59,116 nucleotides of DNA, from contig CAYUDP010000002.1 in assembly GCA_964443725.1 (NCBI GenBank), positions 1 through 59,116 on the forward strand, in the 5' to 3' direction. Shown here piece by piece: positions 26,755-36,639 of the stretch (position 1 is its first letter; every line of letters starts with the position of its first letter). Position numbers and translations under genes: made by a program. Source of the stretch: an uncultured Candidatus Saccharibacteria bacterium (GTDB taxonomy: Bacteria > Patescibacteriota > Minisyncoccia > Phycocordibacterales > JAKFXT01). The notes under the pieces are model-generated. The model did no database searches. It saw only the letters and a program-made list of their open reading frames with translations, and was not told the origin of the DNA.

Positions 26755-27231
26755 ATGAGAAGACCATTACCTGCAAAAAAGAGACATCCAGTTAAGCCTG
26801 ATTTGAAATATAAATCAGAGAGAGTTTCAAAGTTTATTAACTGCGTTATGCTGGATGGAAAGAAAAATACAGCAAGAAAGGTTGTTTATGATGCATTTGA
26901 GATAATAAAAGAAAAGTCAAAAGTTGAAAATCCAGTAGAAGTCTTTGAGACAGCTTTGCAAAACGTGTCTCCAAATATGGAAGTTAGATCTCGCCGTGTT
27001 GGTGGTGCTAACTACCAGGTGCCAAGAGAGGTTAGGCCAGAGAGAAAACAAGCTCTAGCTTTCAGGTGGCTTATAGATGCGGCTTTTTCTAAGAAAGGGC
27101 GTCCTATGGCTGAAAAATTGGCAGATGAACTTATTATGGCAGCAAAAAATGAAGGTGAGGCTGTAAAGAAGAGAGAAAACACCCACAAAATGGCTGAGGC
27201 TAACAAAGCTTTTGCTCACTTTGCTTGGTAA
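26755..27231 (+). CDS. rpsG: 30S ribosomal protein S7
   Basis: S7 sequence ([16 protein letters not shown]) directly after rpsL. Confidence 0.95.
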   Translation: MRRPLPAKKRHPVKPDLKYKSERVSKFINCVMLDGKKNTARKVVYDAFEIIKEKSKVENPVEVFETALQNVSPNMEVRSRRVGGANYQVPREVRPERKQALAFRWLIDAAFSKKGRPMAEKLADELIMAAKNEGEAVKKRENTHKMAEANKAFAHFAW

Positions 27232-27241
27232 AATAATATTT

Positions 27242-27282
27242 AAAAGCAAAAACCTCCAGACATCTGGAGGTTTTTGCTTTTA
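27242..27282 (+). terminator. strong hairpin after rpsG
   Basis: The 19-nt arm AAAAGCAAAAACCTCCAGA pairs with TCTGGAGGTTTTTGCTTTT across a 3-nt loop. Confidence 0.7.
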
Positions 27283-27330
27283 AATGGAGGTACCCCTTTT
27301 TTAGGAAGGGGTAGGTTTCAAGGAGAGGTG

Positions 27331-27666
27331 TCAATTTGGTTTCTCAGAGTTTATCCGGTTGTATTCTCTAATTACCATATTGATCAACTCAATCGCTTTG
27401 GTTATTTCTATTGTTTCTTCTCCTTCGTAGTGTTGGATGTTTTGTTCAAAATCTGGTATCAAATCAGCAATTCTCCTATATTCAATTATTGGGATATCGA
27501 TTATATGCACACACATGGCCGCGACCAACTCATCTGTGTCCCTGATAACACAAGAATTTACGCCGAGAGCAAACATGCGATCCTCATTACCGTCGTCCCA
27601 CATCTCGAGGAAACGGCTTTTCATGTCCTTGTCGCCAGTGATTGGTTTGATATATTTTGACACCAC
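27331..27666 (-). CDS. orphan 111-aa acidic protein between rpsG and fusA
   Basis: GTG at 27666 is preceded by AAAGGAGAAG; an alternative start is Met15. The hairpin TACCCCT/AGGGGTA (27291-27313) lies beyond the stop. No family recognised. Confidence 0.4.
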   Translation of the reverse strand: MVSKYIKPITGDKDMKSRFLEMWDDGNEDRMFALGVNSCVIRDTDELVAAMCVHIIDIPIIEYRRIADLIPDFEQNIQHYEGEETIEITKAIELINMVIREYNRINSEKPN

Positions 27667-27823
27667 TCTTCTCCTTTACTAAAAAATCTCTTCTGTTTTT
27701 ATAACGTCATTATTGATAAATAAGTTTCCATTTATAGCCTTTGCTTTTTGGGGGCTTTCTTGTATAGTATTATCTAAAAGTAGCCGTTAAGGCTTTTTTG
27801 TTTAGAAATTAATAAAAATAATC

Positions 27824-29953
27824 ATGCAACGCGATTATCCGTTAGAAAAAGTTCGTAATTTTGGTATTATTGCGCACATTGACGCCGGCAAAACCACTAC
27901 TTCTGAGCGTATTCTTTTTTACACTGGAATGACTCACAAGATAGGTGAGGTACACGAAGGTGAGACTGTCACAGACTGGATGGAACAAGAAAGAGAGCGT
28001 GGTATCACAATTACCGCAGCTGCCATTACTTGTTTCTGGAAAAAGACAGATGATAAAGAAAATACCAAGTATCGTTTCAATATTATTGATACACCAGGGC
28101 ACATTGATTTTACTGCTGAAGTAAAACGTTCCTTGCGTGTTCTCGACGGTGCTGTTGTTGTTTTTGATGGTGTGGCTGGCGTTGAGCCCCAATCAGAAAC
28201 CAACTGGAGGTATGCTGATGAAGCTAAAGTTCCACGTGTTTGTTTTATAAACAAACTAGATAGAACAGGTGCTTCATTTGAAAAGTCATACCAATCTATT
28301 CTTGATCGTCTAAACAAAAAAGCTGTAAGAATGCAGATTCCTATTGGACTTGAAGATCAACATGAAGGTGTTATAGATCTTTTGAAAATGAAGGCCTTTT
28401 TCTTCGACGGAGAGAAGGGTATTAATGTCATTGAGAAAGAAATTCCTGAAAATTATCTCGAAGAGGCAAAAACTCTAAGAGCTGAATTGGTAGAGAGGAT
28501 TGTAGAAAATGATGATGCAACAATGAGTGAGTATTTGGAGGGCAAAGAAATCCCGATTGAAACTCTGAAGAAATTGATGCGTAAGGCCGTTATTGAAAAT
28601 GAAATTTTCCCAGTTTATGCAGGATCAGCTTTGAAAAATAAAGGTGTTCAGCTAGTTCTTGATGCTGTTGTTGATTATCTTCCATCTCCTCTTGATATCC
28701 CCCCAGTAAAGGCTAAGGATGTTAAAACAGGAGATGAAGTTGAGAGGCATGCTTCTGATGAGGAACCTTTTACTGCCCTTGCTTTCAAATTGCAGGCAGA
28801 TCCATTTGTAGGTCAACTTACATTCTTTAGAGTTTATTCAGGTACTGTTGAAGCTGGTAGTTATATATACAACTCTACAACTGGAGAAAGAGAAAGACTT
28901 GGACGTATCGTAAGACTACAAGCTGATCAAAGAGAAGAGGTTAAGAAAGTTTTTGCTGGAGAAATTGCTGCCGCTGTTGGACTCAAAGGTACAAAAACTT
29001 CTCACACCCTCTGTGATGAAAATAATCCTGTTGTGCTCGAGGAAATTCATTTCCCTGAACCAGTTGTCTCTCTCCGTATTGAACCTAAGACAAAAGCAGA
29101 TCAAGAGAAAATGGGTACAGCTTTGAGGAAGTTGGCCGATGAGGATCCAACTTTCAAAGTATCATCAGACCAAGAAACTATGGATACTATTATCTCAGGT
29201 ATGGGAGAGCTCCATCTTGAAATTCTTGTTGATCGTATGAAGCGTGAGTTTAATGTTGAGGCAAATGTCGGTAAGCCACAGGTTGCTTATAAAGAAACTA
29301 TCACAAGAGAAGCTGAAGTCGAAAATAAATACATCAAGCAGACTGGAGGGCGTGGACAATACGGTCACGTCAAAATCAAGATCAAGCCGATGGGAGAGAG
29401 GCCTGCTGAAATACCTAAGAATACAAAGAGATATGATGAATTTGAGTTTGTTAACAATATCAAAGGAGGAGTTATTCCTCAGGAATATATCCCTGCTGTT
29501 GAAAAGGGTCTAAAAGAAGGTATGGAAAGAGGGGTTCTTGCCCACTATCCGCTTGTGAATATTTCAGTCGATCTCTACGATGGTTCATATCATGAGGTTG
29601 ACTCATCAGAAATTGCTTTCAAAATAGCTGCTTCTCAAGCTCTTCAAGAGGCTGCCCAGAAGGCCGGACCTGTTATTCTCGAGCCTATAATGAAGGTTGA
29701 GGTTGTCACTCCAGAGAAGTTCATGGGAGATGTGACAGGAAATCTTTCAAGTAAACGTGCTCAAATAGAAAGTATGGGGGATAGAGCTGGACTCAAGGTT
29801 ATAACTGCAAAAGTTCCTCTTGCTGAAATGTTCGGGTATATGACCTCTCTAAGATCTCTTACAGAAGGACGAGCTAGTCAGACGATGGAATTTGACCACT
29901 ATGATATAGTGCCAAATAATGTTGCTAAGGATATTATTGACGCTAGAAAATAA
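27824..29953 (+). CDS. fusA: elongation factor G
   Basis: [18 protein letters not shown] and NKLDR GTPase motifs plus EF-G domains IV and V. Confidence 0.97.
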   Translation: MQRDYPLEKVRNFGIIAHIDAGKTTTSERILFYTGMTHKIGEVHEGETVTDWMEQERERGITITAAAITCFWKKTDDKENTKYRFNIIDTPGHIDFTAEVKRSLRVLDGAVVVFDGVAGVEPQSETNWRYADEAKVPRVCFINKLDRTGASFEKSYQSILDRLNKKAVRMQIPIGLEDQHEGVIDLLKMKAFFFDGEKGINVIEKEIPENYLEEAKTLRAELVERIVENDDATMSEYLEGKEIPIETLKKLMRKAVIENEIFPVYAGSALKNKGVQLVLDAVVDYLPSPLDIPPVKAKDVKTGDEVERHASDEEPFTALAFKLQADPFVGQLTFFRVYSGTVEAGSYIYNSTTGERERLGRIVRLQADQREEVKKVFAGEIAAAVGLKGTKTSHTLCDENNPVVLEEIHFPEPVVSLRIEPKTKADQEKMGTALRKLADEDPTFKVSSDQETMDTIISGMGELHLEILVDRMKREFNVEANVGKPQVAYKETITREAEVENKYIKQTGGRGQYGHVKIKIKPMGERPAEIPKNTKRYDEFEFVNNIKGGVIPQEYIPAVEKGLKEGMERGVLAHYPLVNISVDLYDGSYHEVDSSEIAFKIAASQALQEAAQKAGPVILEPIMKVEVVTPEKFMGDVTGNLSSKRAQIESMGDRAGLKVITAKVPLAEMFGYMTSLRSLTEGRASQTMEFDHYDIVPNNVAKDIIDARK

Positions 29954-29974
29954 ACCTCTTTAAAGGGCTTACTC

Positions 29975-30011
29975 AAAAAACACTCGAGATATTCAAAATC
30001 GGGTGTTTTTT
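29975..30011 (+). terminator. hairpin plus T-run after fusA
   Basis: AACACTCGA (29979-29987) pairs with TCGGGTGTT (29999-30007), including one G-U pair, followed by TTTTT. Confidence 0.55.
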
Positions 30012-30241
30012 GATGACGATTTGTAGATGGAGATAAAAGTTTTTCACACGAAAACCACAGTTTTAGGGATTGCGTATATGAAGATTGTTTGATACTATGA
30101 CCGCCACGACTATTGTGCTTTTTTGTTTTGGATAAAGCCAAAAAGCTTGATGTCTTATTATCAACTTCGGTAGCTTTTCGTGGATAGGAAACGTTCTCGC
30201 GCCCTATCTCTGAGAAATTACCGTATAAGTTCTAAATTATT

Positions 30242-31432
30242 ATGGCAGAATTTGATCGTTCAAAGCCACACGTAAACGTAGGTACAATTGGCCACGTTGA
30301 CCATGGCAAAACAACTCTTACTGCTGCTATCCTCAATGTTTTGAGTTTGGCCGGTAAAGATGTGAAGTTAAAGGGTGTCGACCAGATCGACTCCGCTCCT
30401 GAAGAAAAGGCACGCGGAATTACAATTAATATTTCGCATAACGAGTACTCAACAGATACTCGCCACTATGCACACATTGATGCTCCAGGGCACGCCGACT
30501 ATATCAAGAACATGATTACCGGTGCCGCTCAAATGGACGGTGCAATACTAGTTGTTGCTGCAACTGATGGTGTTATGCCTCAGACAAGAGAACACGTTTT
30601 GCTTGCAAAGCAAGTTGGTGTTCCTCGAATAATCGTCTTCCTAAACAAGTGTGACATGGTTGATGACAAGGATATGATCGACCTTGTTGAGGATGAAGTT
30701 CGTGAACTTTTGACCAAGCAGGGATTTGACGGGGCAGCTTGTCCAGTTATCCGTGGCTCAGGTCTAAAGGGACTAGAAGCTAAGGATGTTAATGATGAAT
30801 GGGCTCAGAAGATTCTTGAGCTTGCAACTGCTCTCGATGAGTATATACCTCTCCCAGATCGTGATTTGGATAAGCCATTCCTTATGCCAGTTGAGGACAT
30901 CTTCTCAATTGAAGGACGTGGTACTGTTGTCACAGGCCGTATCGAGCGCGGTAAGATAAAGATTGGTGAGGAAGTAGAGATTGTTGGTATTAAAGATACA
31001 ATCAAAACTACTGTCACAGGTATAGAAATGTTCAACAAATCACTTCAGGAAGGTATGGCTGGAGATAATGCTGGTGTACTTATCCGTGGTTTGAAGAAAG
31101 ACGACGTTCATCGTGGTCAAGTTCTAGCTAAGCCAGGATCAGTCACTCCACACACAGAGTTTGAGGCTGAAGTTTATGTTTTGACAAAGGATGAAGGCGG
31201 ACGCCACACTCCTTTCTTCTCAGGATATAAGCCACAATTCTACGTACGTACAACAGATGTTACAGGAGATGTTACTCCAAAGGAAGGTGTTGAAATGGTT
31301 ATGCCAGGAGACACTGTCACCTTCAAAGTAAAGCTAGTTGCTCCTATTGCTCTTGAGGAAAAGCAAAGATTTGCTATCCGTGAAGGTGGTAAGACTGTTG
31401 GTGCTGGAGTTGTCACAAAGATAGTTGCCTAA
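30242..31432 (+). CDS. tuf: elongation factor Tu
   Basis: [18 protein letters not shown] and NKCD motifs. Confidence 0.97.
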   Translation: MAEFDRSKPHVNVGTIGHVDHGKTTLTAAILNVLSLAGKDVKLKGVDQIDSAPEEKARGITINISHNEYSTDTRHYAHIDAPGHADYIKNMITGAAQMDGAILVVAATDGVMPQTREHVLLAKQVGVPRIIVFLNKCDMVDDKDMIDLVEDEVRELLTKQGFDGAACPVIRGSGLKGLEAKDVNDEWAQKILELATALDEYIPLPDRDLDKPFLMPVEDIFSIEGRGTVVTGRIERGKIKIGEEVEIVGIKDTIKTTVTGIEMFNKSLQEGMAGDNAGVLIRGLKKDDVHRGQVLAKPGSVTPHTEFEAEVYVLTKDEGGRHTPFFSGYKPQFYVRTTDVTGDVTPKEGVEMVMPGDTVTFKVKLVAPIALEEKQRFAIREGGKTVGAGVVTKIVA

Positions 31433-31453
31433 GTAAAGGTTAAGTCTAAAAAA

Positions 31454-31807
31454 ATGGAAAAAACTGCAAAAAAGAGCAATAAGAAGCTATCGGAAGGCGA
31501 TTCATCAAAGCTTCGCTTGAGAGTGCAGGCTTATGAGCACAAAATCTTGGATTCGTCGGTTAAGCAGATTATAGACACAGCTTTGCGTTTCGATGCAAAA
31601 GTAGAAGGTCCTATTCCGCTTCCAACAAACAACAAGAAATACACCGTCAACCGTGCGTCGTTTATCTTCAAAAATGCGCGAGAACAGTTTGAGATGCGCG
31701 TGCATAGGAGATTGGTAGATATAATCAATCCCTCAGGTAAGATAGTGGAAGCTCTAACAAATATTTCTCTACCATCTGGAGTCTCTATAGATGTAAAGAT
31801 GATGTAA
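31454..31807 (+). CDS. rpsJ: 30S ribosomal protein S10 (with short N-terminal extension)
   Basis: LRLRVQAYEHKILD...GPIPLPT is the S10 core. Confidence 0.95.
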   Translation: MEKTAKKSNKKLSEGDSSKLRLRVQAYEHKILDSSVKQIIDTALRFDAKVEGPIPLPTNNKKYTVNRASFIFKNAREQFEMRVHRRLVDIINPSGKIVEALTNISLPSGVSIDVKMM

Positions 31808-31811
31808 GAAA

Positions 31812-31841
31812 TTCAAAAGCCCCCTTAAGGGGGCTTTTGAA
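31812..31841 (+). terminator. hairpin directly after rpsJ
   Basis: TTCAAAAGCCCCC pairs with GGGGGCTTTTGAA across a TTAA loop, followed by TTT. Confidence 0.65.
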
Positions 31842-31949
31842 TTTATGCATGGGGCATATTGATTTGTTAATTTTATTCATGTACTCTTCCTGCGGAATAT
31901 AACCCGGGCGGGTTATACCAGTAAACTTGAAAGAAAGGAAGCACAACAA

Positions 31950-32678
31950 ATGCGTACAAAACTGAGTCTTGCGGCTGACGGGATGTCTCTCGAGAAGCTC
32001 TTCGGGATCCTCAAGGGGGAAGTCGCGCAGGTAATTGACCGTGTGAAGGTCCATGATCTTCTCGATTCCATGGGGCCGTTGCTCCTGAGGTTTCTGGCGA
32101 TCTGTGGTTTCGAACCGTGGGTGGACTACAAGCTCCACGATACCACGGACACCGTCCGCTTGCGCGTCGCCGCACTCGTGCGGAATGGCGCCCGGATCAT
32201 CACGGTGCACGCTTCGGGTGGTGTGGAGATGATGCAGGAAGCTATCAAAGGTACGATGAGTACCTGCGATGAGCGGATGGCAAAGATCTATGCCATTACG
32301 GCGCTCACGTCGCTAAGCGACGAAATGATTCAAAGGATTTACAATCGTTCCAGATTGGAGCAGGTTGAAGTCCTTGCGCGCATGGCTCTCGAGGCTGGTG
32401 TCGATGGTATTGTTTGTTCGGCGCTCGAGCTTGAGCACCTCAGGTCTCTTCCTGAATTTGCTCATGTACATCTCGTCGTTCCCGGCACTCGGTCGTTGGA
32501 TGCTGACCTTGGTCAGCAGAAACGTACCGACACGCCAAGGAACGCAGTTGCTCATGGTGCCAACGAACTCGTTGTCGGAAGCCAGGTGACCAAGGCAGAA
32601 GATCGAAAGATCGCGATGGCCAAATTCCTGGCCGAAGTGGTCGATGGGGAAAGCCAAGCAGGCATCTCTTCGCAGTAA
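31950..32678 (+). CDS. pyrF: orotidine 5-phosphate decarboxylase (GC-rich)
   Basis: OMPdecase motifs LAAD, VKVH, DYKLHD (D-x-K-x-x-D), VHASGG, VVPGTRS and ANELVVGSQV. SD AAGGAAG. Adjacent to pyrE. Confidence 0.75.
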   Translation: MRTKLSLAADGMSLEKLFGILKGEVAQVIDRVKVHDLLDSMGPLLLRFLAICGFEPWVDYKLHDTTDTVRLRVAALVRNGARIITVHASGGVEMMQEAIKGTMSTCDERMAKIYAITALTSLSDEMIQRIYNRSRLEQVEVLARMALEAGVDGIVCSALELEHLRSLPEFAHVHLVVPGTRSLDADLGQQKRTDTPRNAVAHGANELVVGSQVTKAEDRKIAMAKFLAEVVDGESQAGISSQ

Positions 32679-32708
32679 GCAACATCAACCACAAAGAAGG
32701 AGAAGCAG

Positions 32709-33383
32709 ATGAGTCAAGAAAGGAAGGGAAACCTCCCCGAGGAGTTCCTGAAGTTTGCAATCGCAACAGGAGTACTCCTCTTCGGCGAGTTCACGACCAA
32801 GGCGGGGCGCCTGTCGCCCTATTTCTTCAATGCAGGTCTGTTCAACGACGGGGCATCCCTGGGCCGGCTCTGTGGTTTCTATGCCGAAACGGTCCTGGCT
32901 TCGGGGCTCGAATTTGACGCCCTCTTCGGACCGGCCTACAAGGGCATCCCGCTCGCGTCCGGCACTGCGATGGCATTGGCATTGCGTGGGCGGAATCTGC
33001 CCTACTGCTACAACCGCAAGGAGGCGAAGGACCATGGAGAAGGTGGAACCACAATCGGGGCCCCACTCGTCGGCAAGGTCCTCATCGTCGACGATGTCAT
33101 CAGTGCCGGGACCTCGGTGCGTGAGTCAGTGGAACTGATCCGCGCGGCCGGCGCAACTCCGGCTGGGGTGTTGATCGCGCTCGACCGTCAAGAACGTGGC
33201 CAGGGAAGGTTGTCCGCCGTCCAGGAGGTGCAACAAAACTACGGGATACCCGTGCTCAGTGTTGCAACGCTCACGGACCTGATCGGCTTCCTGGTCAAGG
33301 ACCCAGAGATGGATCGGAACCTCGTCGTCGTCGAGAAGTATCGGGCTCAGTACGGCATCTTCGAGGAAGATCAATCGGCCTGA
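32709..33383 (+). CDS. pyrE: orotate phosphoribosyltransferase (GC-rich)
   Basis: [28 protein letters not shown], the PRPP loop [13 protein letters not shown] and LDRQERG. A hand count of the first 110 nt gives about 57% G+C. Confidence 0.9.
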   Translation: MSQERKGNLPEEFLKFAIATGVLLFGEFTTKAGRLSPYFFNAGLFNDGASLGRLCGFYAETVLASGLEFDALFGPAYKGIPLASGTAMALALRGRNLPYCYNRKEAKDHGEGGTTIGAPLVGKVLIVDDVISAGTSVRESVELIRAAGATPAGVLIALDRQERGQGRLSAVQEVQQNYGIPVLSVATLTDLIGFLVKDPEMDRNLVVVEKYRAQYGIFEEDQSA

Positions 33384-33438
33384 AAAAAGCCATTCGGCCC
33401 GGCTCCACTAATTAGTGGACTTGAAGTAAGCTGACATG

Positions 33439-33485
33439 GACCAGCCTAAGCCTCCCAATCGGGTGGGTAAGGGCTGGTCTTTTTA
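33439..33485 (+). terminator. hairpin plus T-run after pyrE
   Basis: GACCAGCC (33439-33446) pairs with GGCTGGTC (33472-33479), followed by TTTTTATTT. Confidence 0.6.
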
Positions 33486-33500
33486 TTTGGGTGTATTTAT

Positions 33501-33528
33501 TTGCATTTTTATAAATATCGTGTAATAT
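33501..33528 (+). promoter_or_regulatory. sigma70-like promoter TTGCAT-16-TAATAT for rplC
   Basis: TTGCAT at 33501-33506, 16-nt spacer, TAATAT at 33523-33528, about 70 nt upstream of the rplC ATG. Confidence 0.45.
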
Positions 33529-33596
33529 CATCGGACAAACCTAATAACTGGCTTTATGCCTATGAAGCGCTCTTTTTGAGCCCTTCCACTAGGAAT

Positions 33597-34199
33597 ATGA
33601 AATTTATACTTGGAAAAAAGCAAAATATGACTCAGGTTTTTGATGACAAAGGCCGAGTAAGGGCTGGAACAGTTGTTTCAGTGACTCCTATGGTTGTGAC
33701 GCAAGTCAAAACTAATGAAAAAGATGGGTATTCTGCCCTACAGTTTGGAGCATTCCCAAAGAGAAAGATTCAAAATAAGGCTTTAATGGGCCATTTGAAG
33801 GACATGGGTAATTTTTCTTTGCTTAAAGAATATAGTCTTCTTGATTCAACTTTAAATGTCGGAGATTCAGTTTCTGTTGACGTTTTTTCAGTTGGGGATA
33901 AAGTTGAAATTTCTGGACTTTCAAAATCAAAGGGATTCCAAGGCGTTATAAAGCGACATGGATTCCACGGAGGTCCTAGAACACATGGTCAGAAGCACTC
34001 AGAAAAGGAACCAGGTTCAATTTCTGGAGGACTGCGCACTAGAGTTCCAAAGGGTATGCGTATGGCAGGTAGAATGGGTGGAGATAGGATAACTGTTAAG
34101 AATCTCTCTGTTCTTGCTGTTTTACCCGAAAAGAATGAAATAATAATAAAAGGAGCCGTTCCTGGTCGACGCGGATCAATACTCGAAATAAAAGGATAA
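33597..34199 (+). CDS. rplC: 50S ribosomal protein L3
   Basis: MKFILGKKQNMTQVFDDKGRV... is a typical L3 N-terminus, with KGFQGVIKRHGF further in. I prefer the ATG at 33597 over the TTG at 33501. Confidence 0.93.
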   Translation: MKFILGKKQNMTQVFDDKGRVRAGTVVSVTPMVVTQVKTNEKDGYSALQFGAFPKRKIQNKALMGHLKDMGNFSLLKEYSLLDSTLNVGDSVSVDVFSVGDKVEISGLSKSKGFQGVIKRHGFHGGPRTHGQKHSEKEPGSISGGLRTRVPKGMRMAGRMGGDRITVKNLSVLAVLPEKNEIIIKGAVPGRRGSILEIKG

Positions 34200-34203
34200 T
34201 AAT

Positions 34204-34854
34204 ATGGAAGCTGTAGTTTATAACCAAAAAGGGAAAGAATCTGGAAAGGTTAATTTACCTGAAGGATATTTCGGATTGCCATGGAACGCTGATTTGGTAC
34301 ACCAAGTAGTGACCTCAATGCTTTCTTCAAGAAGAGAGGGTACTGCACATACAAAAGACAGAGGAGATGTTCGTGGTGGTGGAAAGAAACCATGGAGACA
34401 AAAGGGTACTGGTCGCGCAAGACATGGTTCAAGTAGGTCTCCAATTTGGAGAGGAGGTGGTGTCACTTTTGGCCCAAGAAATGATAAGGACTATTCAAGG
34501 AAAGTAAACGTTAAAATGAAGAAAAAGGCGCTTTATACTGTTCTATCGCAAAAAATGCGTGACGGCGAGCTTTTCTTTATAGACAAACTTGAGCTTAGCA
34601 CTCCAAAGACAAATGAAGCTAAGAAAGTTTTCACTGCTTTGTCTGAAATAAAGGGATTGTCATCTATCAAAAAGAAAGCAAGAAACGCAATAATTTTTGC
34701 TTCAAATAGTAAAGATGAAAACGTCGAGAAAGGATTCAGGAATTTCCAGAATGTTTCAACTATGGAAACACGCAACCTAAATCCGATTGATCTTATGAAT
34801 TATCGCTTTATTGCAATAGTTTCTCCGGAAGATTATCTTAAGAATTTAAAATAA
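34204..34854 (+). CDS. rplD: 50S ribosomal protein L4
   Basis: RGGGKKPWRQKGTGRARHGS motif and operon position. Confidence 0.95.
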   Translation: MEAVVYNQKGKESGKVNLPEGYFGLPWNADLVHQVVTSMLSSRREGTAHTKDRGDVRGGGKKPWRQKGTGRARHGSSRSPIWRGGGVTFGPRNDKDYSRKVNVKMKKKALYTVLSQKMRDGELFFIDKLELSTPKTNEAKKVFTALSEIKGLSSIKKKARNAIIFASNSKDENVEKGFRNFQNVSTMETRNLNPIDLMNYRFIAIVSPEDYLKNLK

Positions 34855-34855
34855 T

Positions 34856-35179
34856 ATGGCATTATTCGGAAAAAACAAAAATACAAAGGAGTTGAGTGCA
34901 AAACAGAGCGTTGATTTACCTTTGATCCTTCCTCGTATTACTGAAAAGGCCGCTATTCAATCAGAGTTTAGAGTCTATGCTTTCAATGTACCCCTAACTG
35001 CAAATAAGAAAGATATAGCGAGTGCTGTGTTGTCACAGTATAAAGTTGAGCCCGAGAAAGTAAGGATTGTTAGTATTCCAGCTAAGAAAGTTGTCTTGAA
35101 AGGAAAGAAAGGGTCAACAAAAAGAGGTAAAAAAGCCTATGTCTATCTAAAGGAAGGCGATAAAATTGAATTTGTATAA
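34856..35179 (+). CDS. rplW: 50S ribosomal protein L23
   Basis: ILPRITEKA...FNVPLTANKKDI and operon position. Confidence 0.9.
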   Translation: MALFGKNKNTKELSAKQSVDLPLILPRITEKAAIQSEFRVYAFNVPLTANKKDIASAVLSQYKVEPEKVRIVSIPAKKVVLKGKKGSTKRGKKAYVYLKEGDKIEFV

Positions 35180-35181
35180 AT

Positions 35182-36024
35182 ATGAAAAGTTATCATCCAA
35201 CAACCCCATCAAGGAGGTCAATGACCACAATCTCATATAAGAAGGTTCTTTCTGGTGATAAACCTAAGAAATCTCTTCTTAAGGGTTTTAGACGTGGAAG
35301 TGGTCGAAACTCTTTTGGAAGAATAACAATGCGACACAGAGGTGGTGGAGTAAAGAGGAATTATCGAGATGTTGATTTCAAGATGCAGAAGATGAATGTT
35401 CCTGGAGTTGTTTCTACTATTGAATATGATCCAAACCGCACAGGATTTATTGCTCTTGTTAAATATAAAGATGGAGATCAAAGATATCTACTTGCCCCAA
35501 AGTCTGTAAGTGTAGGACAGGTCATTGTGACTGCAGAAAACGCTGAAATACATCCAGGAAACAGATTGGCTCTGAAGAATATGCCAGTTGGAACGTTTGT
35601 TTATAATCTAGAAATAAAACCAAAAAGCGGTGCTAAGCTTTGCAGATCAGCAGGTATATACGGTGAGGTTATTGCTCAAGATGCCCCGTATTCTCTTATA
35701 AAGATGCCTTCAACTGAAGTCAGAAAGATTCACGGTGATTCATTTGCTTCTGTCGGAGAAGTGTCAAATGATGAACATCATCTAGAGGTGCTAGGTAAGG
35801 CCGGTAGGAATCGTCATAAGGGCGTTAGACCAACTGTTCGTGGTTCAGCTATGAACCCAGTCGATCACCCACATGGAGGAGGTGAAGGGCGTGCCGGACG
35901 AGGTTTGAGAAGAGCCAAGAGTAAGTGGGGTAAACCAACCGGAAAAGGCCAAAAAACCCGAACCCCAAAGAAATACTCAAACAGACTCATTGTTTCAAGA
36001 CGAAAAGTCGGAAAAAGACGTTAA
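35182..36024 (+). CDS. rplB: 50S ribosomal protein L2
   Basis: RHRGGGVKR and GSAMNPVDHPHGGGEG motifs. Confidence 0.97.
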   Translation: MKSYHPTTPSRRSMTTISYKKVLSGDKPKKSLLKGFRRGSGRNSFGRITMRHRGGGVKRNYRDVDFKMQKMNVPGVVSTIEYDPNRTGFIALVKYKDGDQRYLLAPKSVSVGQVIVTAENAEIHPGNRLALKNMPVGTFVYNLEIKPKSGAKLCRSAGIYGEVIAQDAPYSLIKMPSTEVRKIHGDSFASVGEVSNDEHHLEVLGKAGRNRHKGVRPTVRGSAMNPVDHPHGGGEGRAGRGLRRAKSKWGKPTGKGQKTRTPKKYSNRLIVSRRKVGKRR

Positions 36025-36064
36025 AATCAGAAAAAAATCGCAGAAATGCGATTTTTTTCTGATT
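36025..36064. terminator. perfect 18-bp hairpin immediately after rplB
   Basis: AATCAGAAAAAAATCGCA pairs perfectly with TGCGATTTTTTTCTGATT across a GAAA loop. Confidence 0.6.
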
Positions 36065-36204
36065 ATGACCAGTATCCGGGTGATTTTCTGGGGTATTTTT
36101 TGTCTAAAAAATATGATTAGAATAGGTGCTTTAAAAATTGTCAATTTTTTCTAAAAACCCCATGTTTTTCAACCATCTCTTCAAGAGAATGGGTTTGACA
36201 TATA

Positions 36205-36232
36205 TTTTCAATTTGGTATGCTATCCACCAAG
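36205..36232 (+). promoter_or_regulatory. promoter TTGACA-16-TATGCT with TG-extended -10, upstream of rpsS
   Basis: TTGACA at 36205-36210 and TGGTATGCT at 36224-36232. Confidence 0.45.
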
Positions 36233-36281
36233 CTCAAAACGAGCGTTTTATTTTGCGCATTCGTTTTAGTTTATTCTTTTT

Positions 36282-36626
36282 ATGACCAGATCGCTCAAAA
36301 AAGGTCCTTATGTGGACCCAAAATTACTAAAGAAGATTGAAGGAAAGAAGCCTGCTGATACGGGGGTTATTAAGACTTGGGCAAGAGGAAGCCAAATCTC
36401 TCCTGAGATGGTTGGGTTTACTTTTGGTGTTCATAATGGCAAACAGCATTTGGAGGTTTTGGCTACTGAAGATATGGTTGGGCATTATCTAGGTGAATTT
36501 TCACCGACTAAGAAATTCGTAAGACATGGAGGTAAGATGCAGAAGGAACTTGAACAGAAGAAACGTGAGTCAGAAATAGCAGCAGCTAAGGCCGCATCAA
36601 CAGCATCAACTGATAAGAAGAAATAA
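36282..36626 (+). CDS. rpsS: 30S ribosomal protein S19 (with C-terminal extension)
   Basis: [12 protein letters not shown]...VHNGKQH core. Confidence 0.95.
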   Translation: MTRSLKKGPYVDPKLLKKIEGKKPADTGVIKTWARGSQISPEMVGFTFGVHNGKQHLEVLATEDMVGHYLGEFSPTKKFVRHGGKMQKELEQKKRESEIAAAKAASTASTDKKK

Positions 36627-36639
36627 TTTTTAATATAAA

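Noticed and set aside
29899-30241. An 80-aa minus-strand ORF overlapping the fusA stop, and a possible tRNA in the fusA-tuf spacer
   Set aside because: The ORF overlaps fusA and its terminator and has no SD. I could not draw a cloverleaf or find a T-loop (GTTCRANNC) in the spacer. It looks like terminator plus promoter plus leader.
31785-33374. Seven overlapping ORFs on both strands inside the pyrF-pyrE island (e.g. 31785..32210-, 32440..32766-, 32685..33035-, 32755..33138+)
   Set aside because: The products are Arg/Pro/Gly-rich with no motifs. GC-rich sequence is stop-codon poor in all frames. The pyrF and pyrE frames carry the recognisable catalytic motifs.
33501-33596. A 32-codon upstream extension of rplC from TTG at 33501
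   Set aside because: The extension coincides with the promoter-like element. The conserved L3 N-terminus (MKFILGKK.NMTQVFD) begins at the ATG at 33597.
31808-33596. Assembly chimera as the explanation for the GC-rich inserts
   Set aside because: This is not fully excluded. It seems unlikely because backbone synteny resumes exactly (rpsJ then rplC; rpsG then fusA), and inserts are bounded by terminators and AT-rich promoters, not by mid-gene breaks. Read-level verification is still needed.
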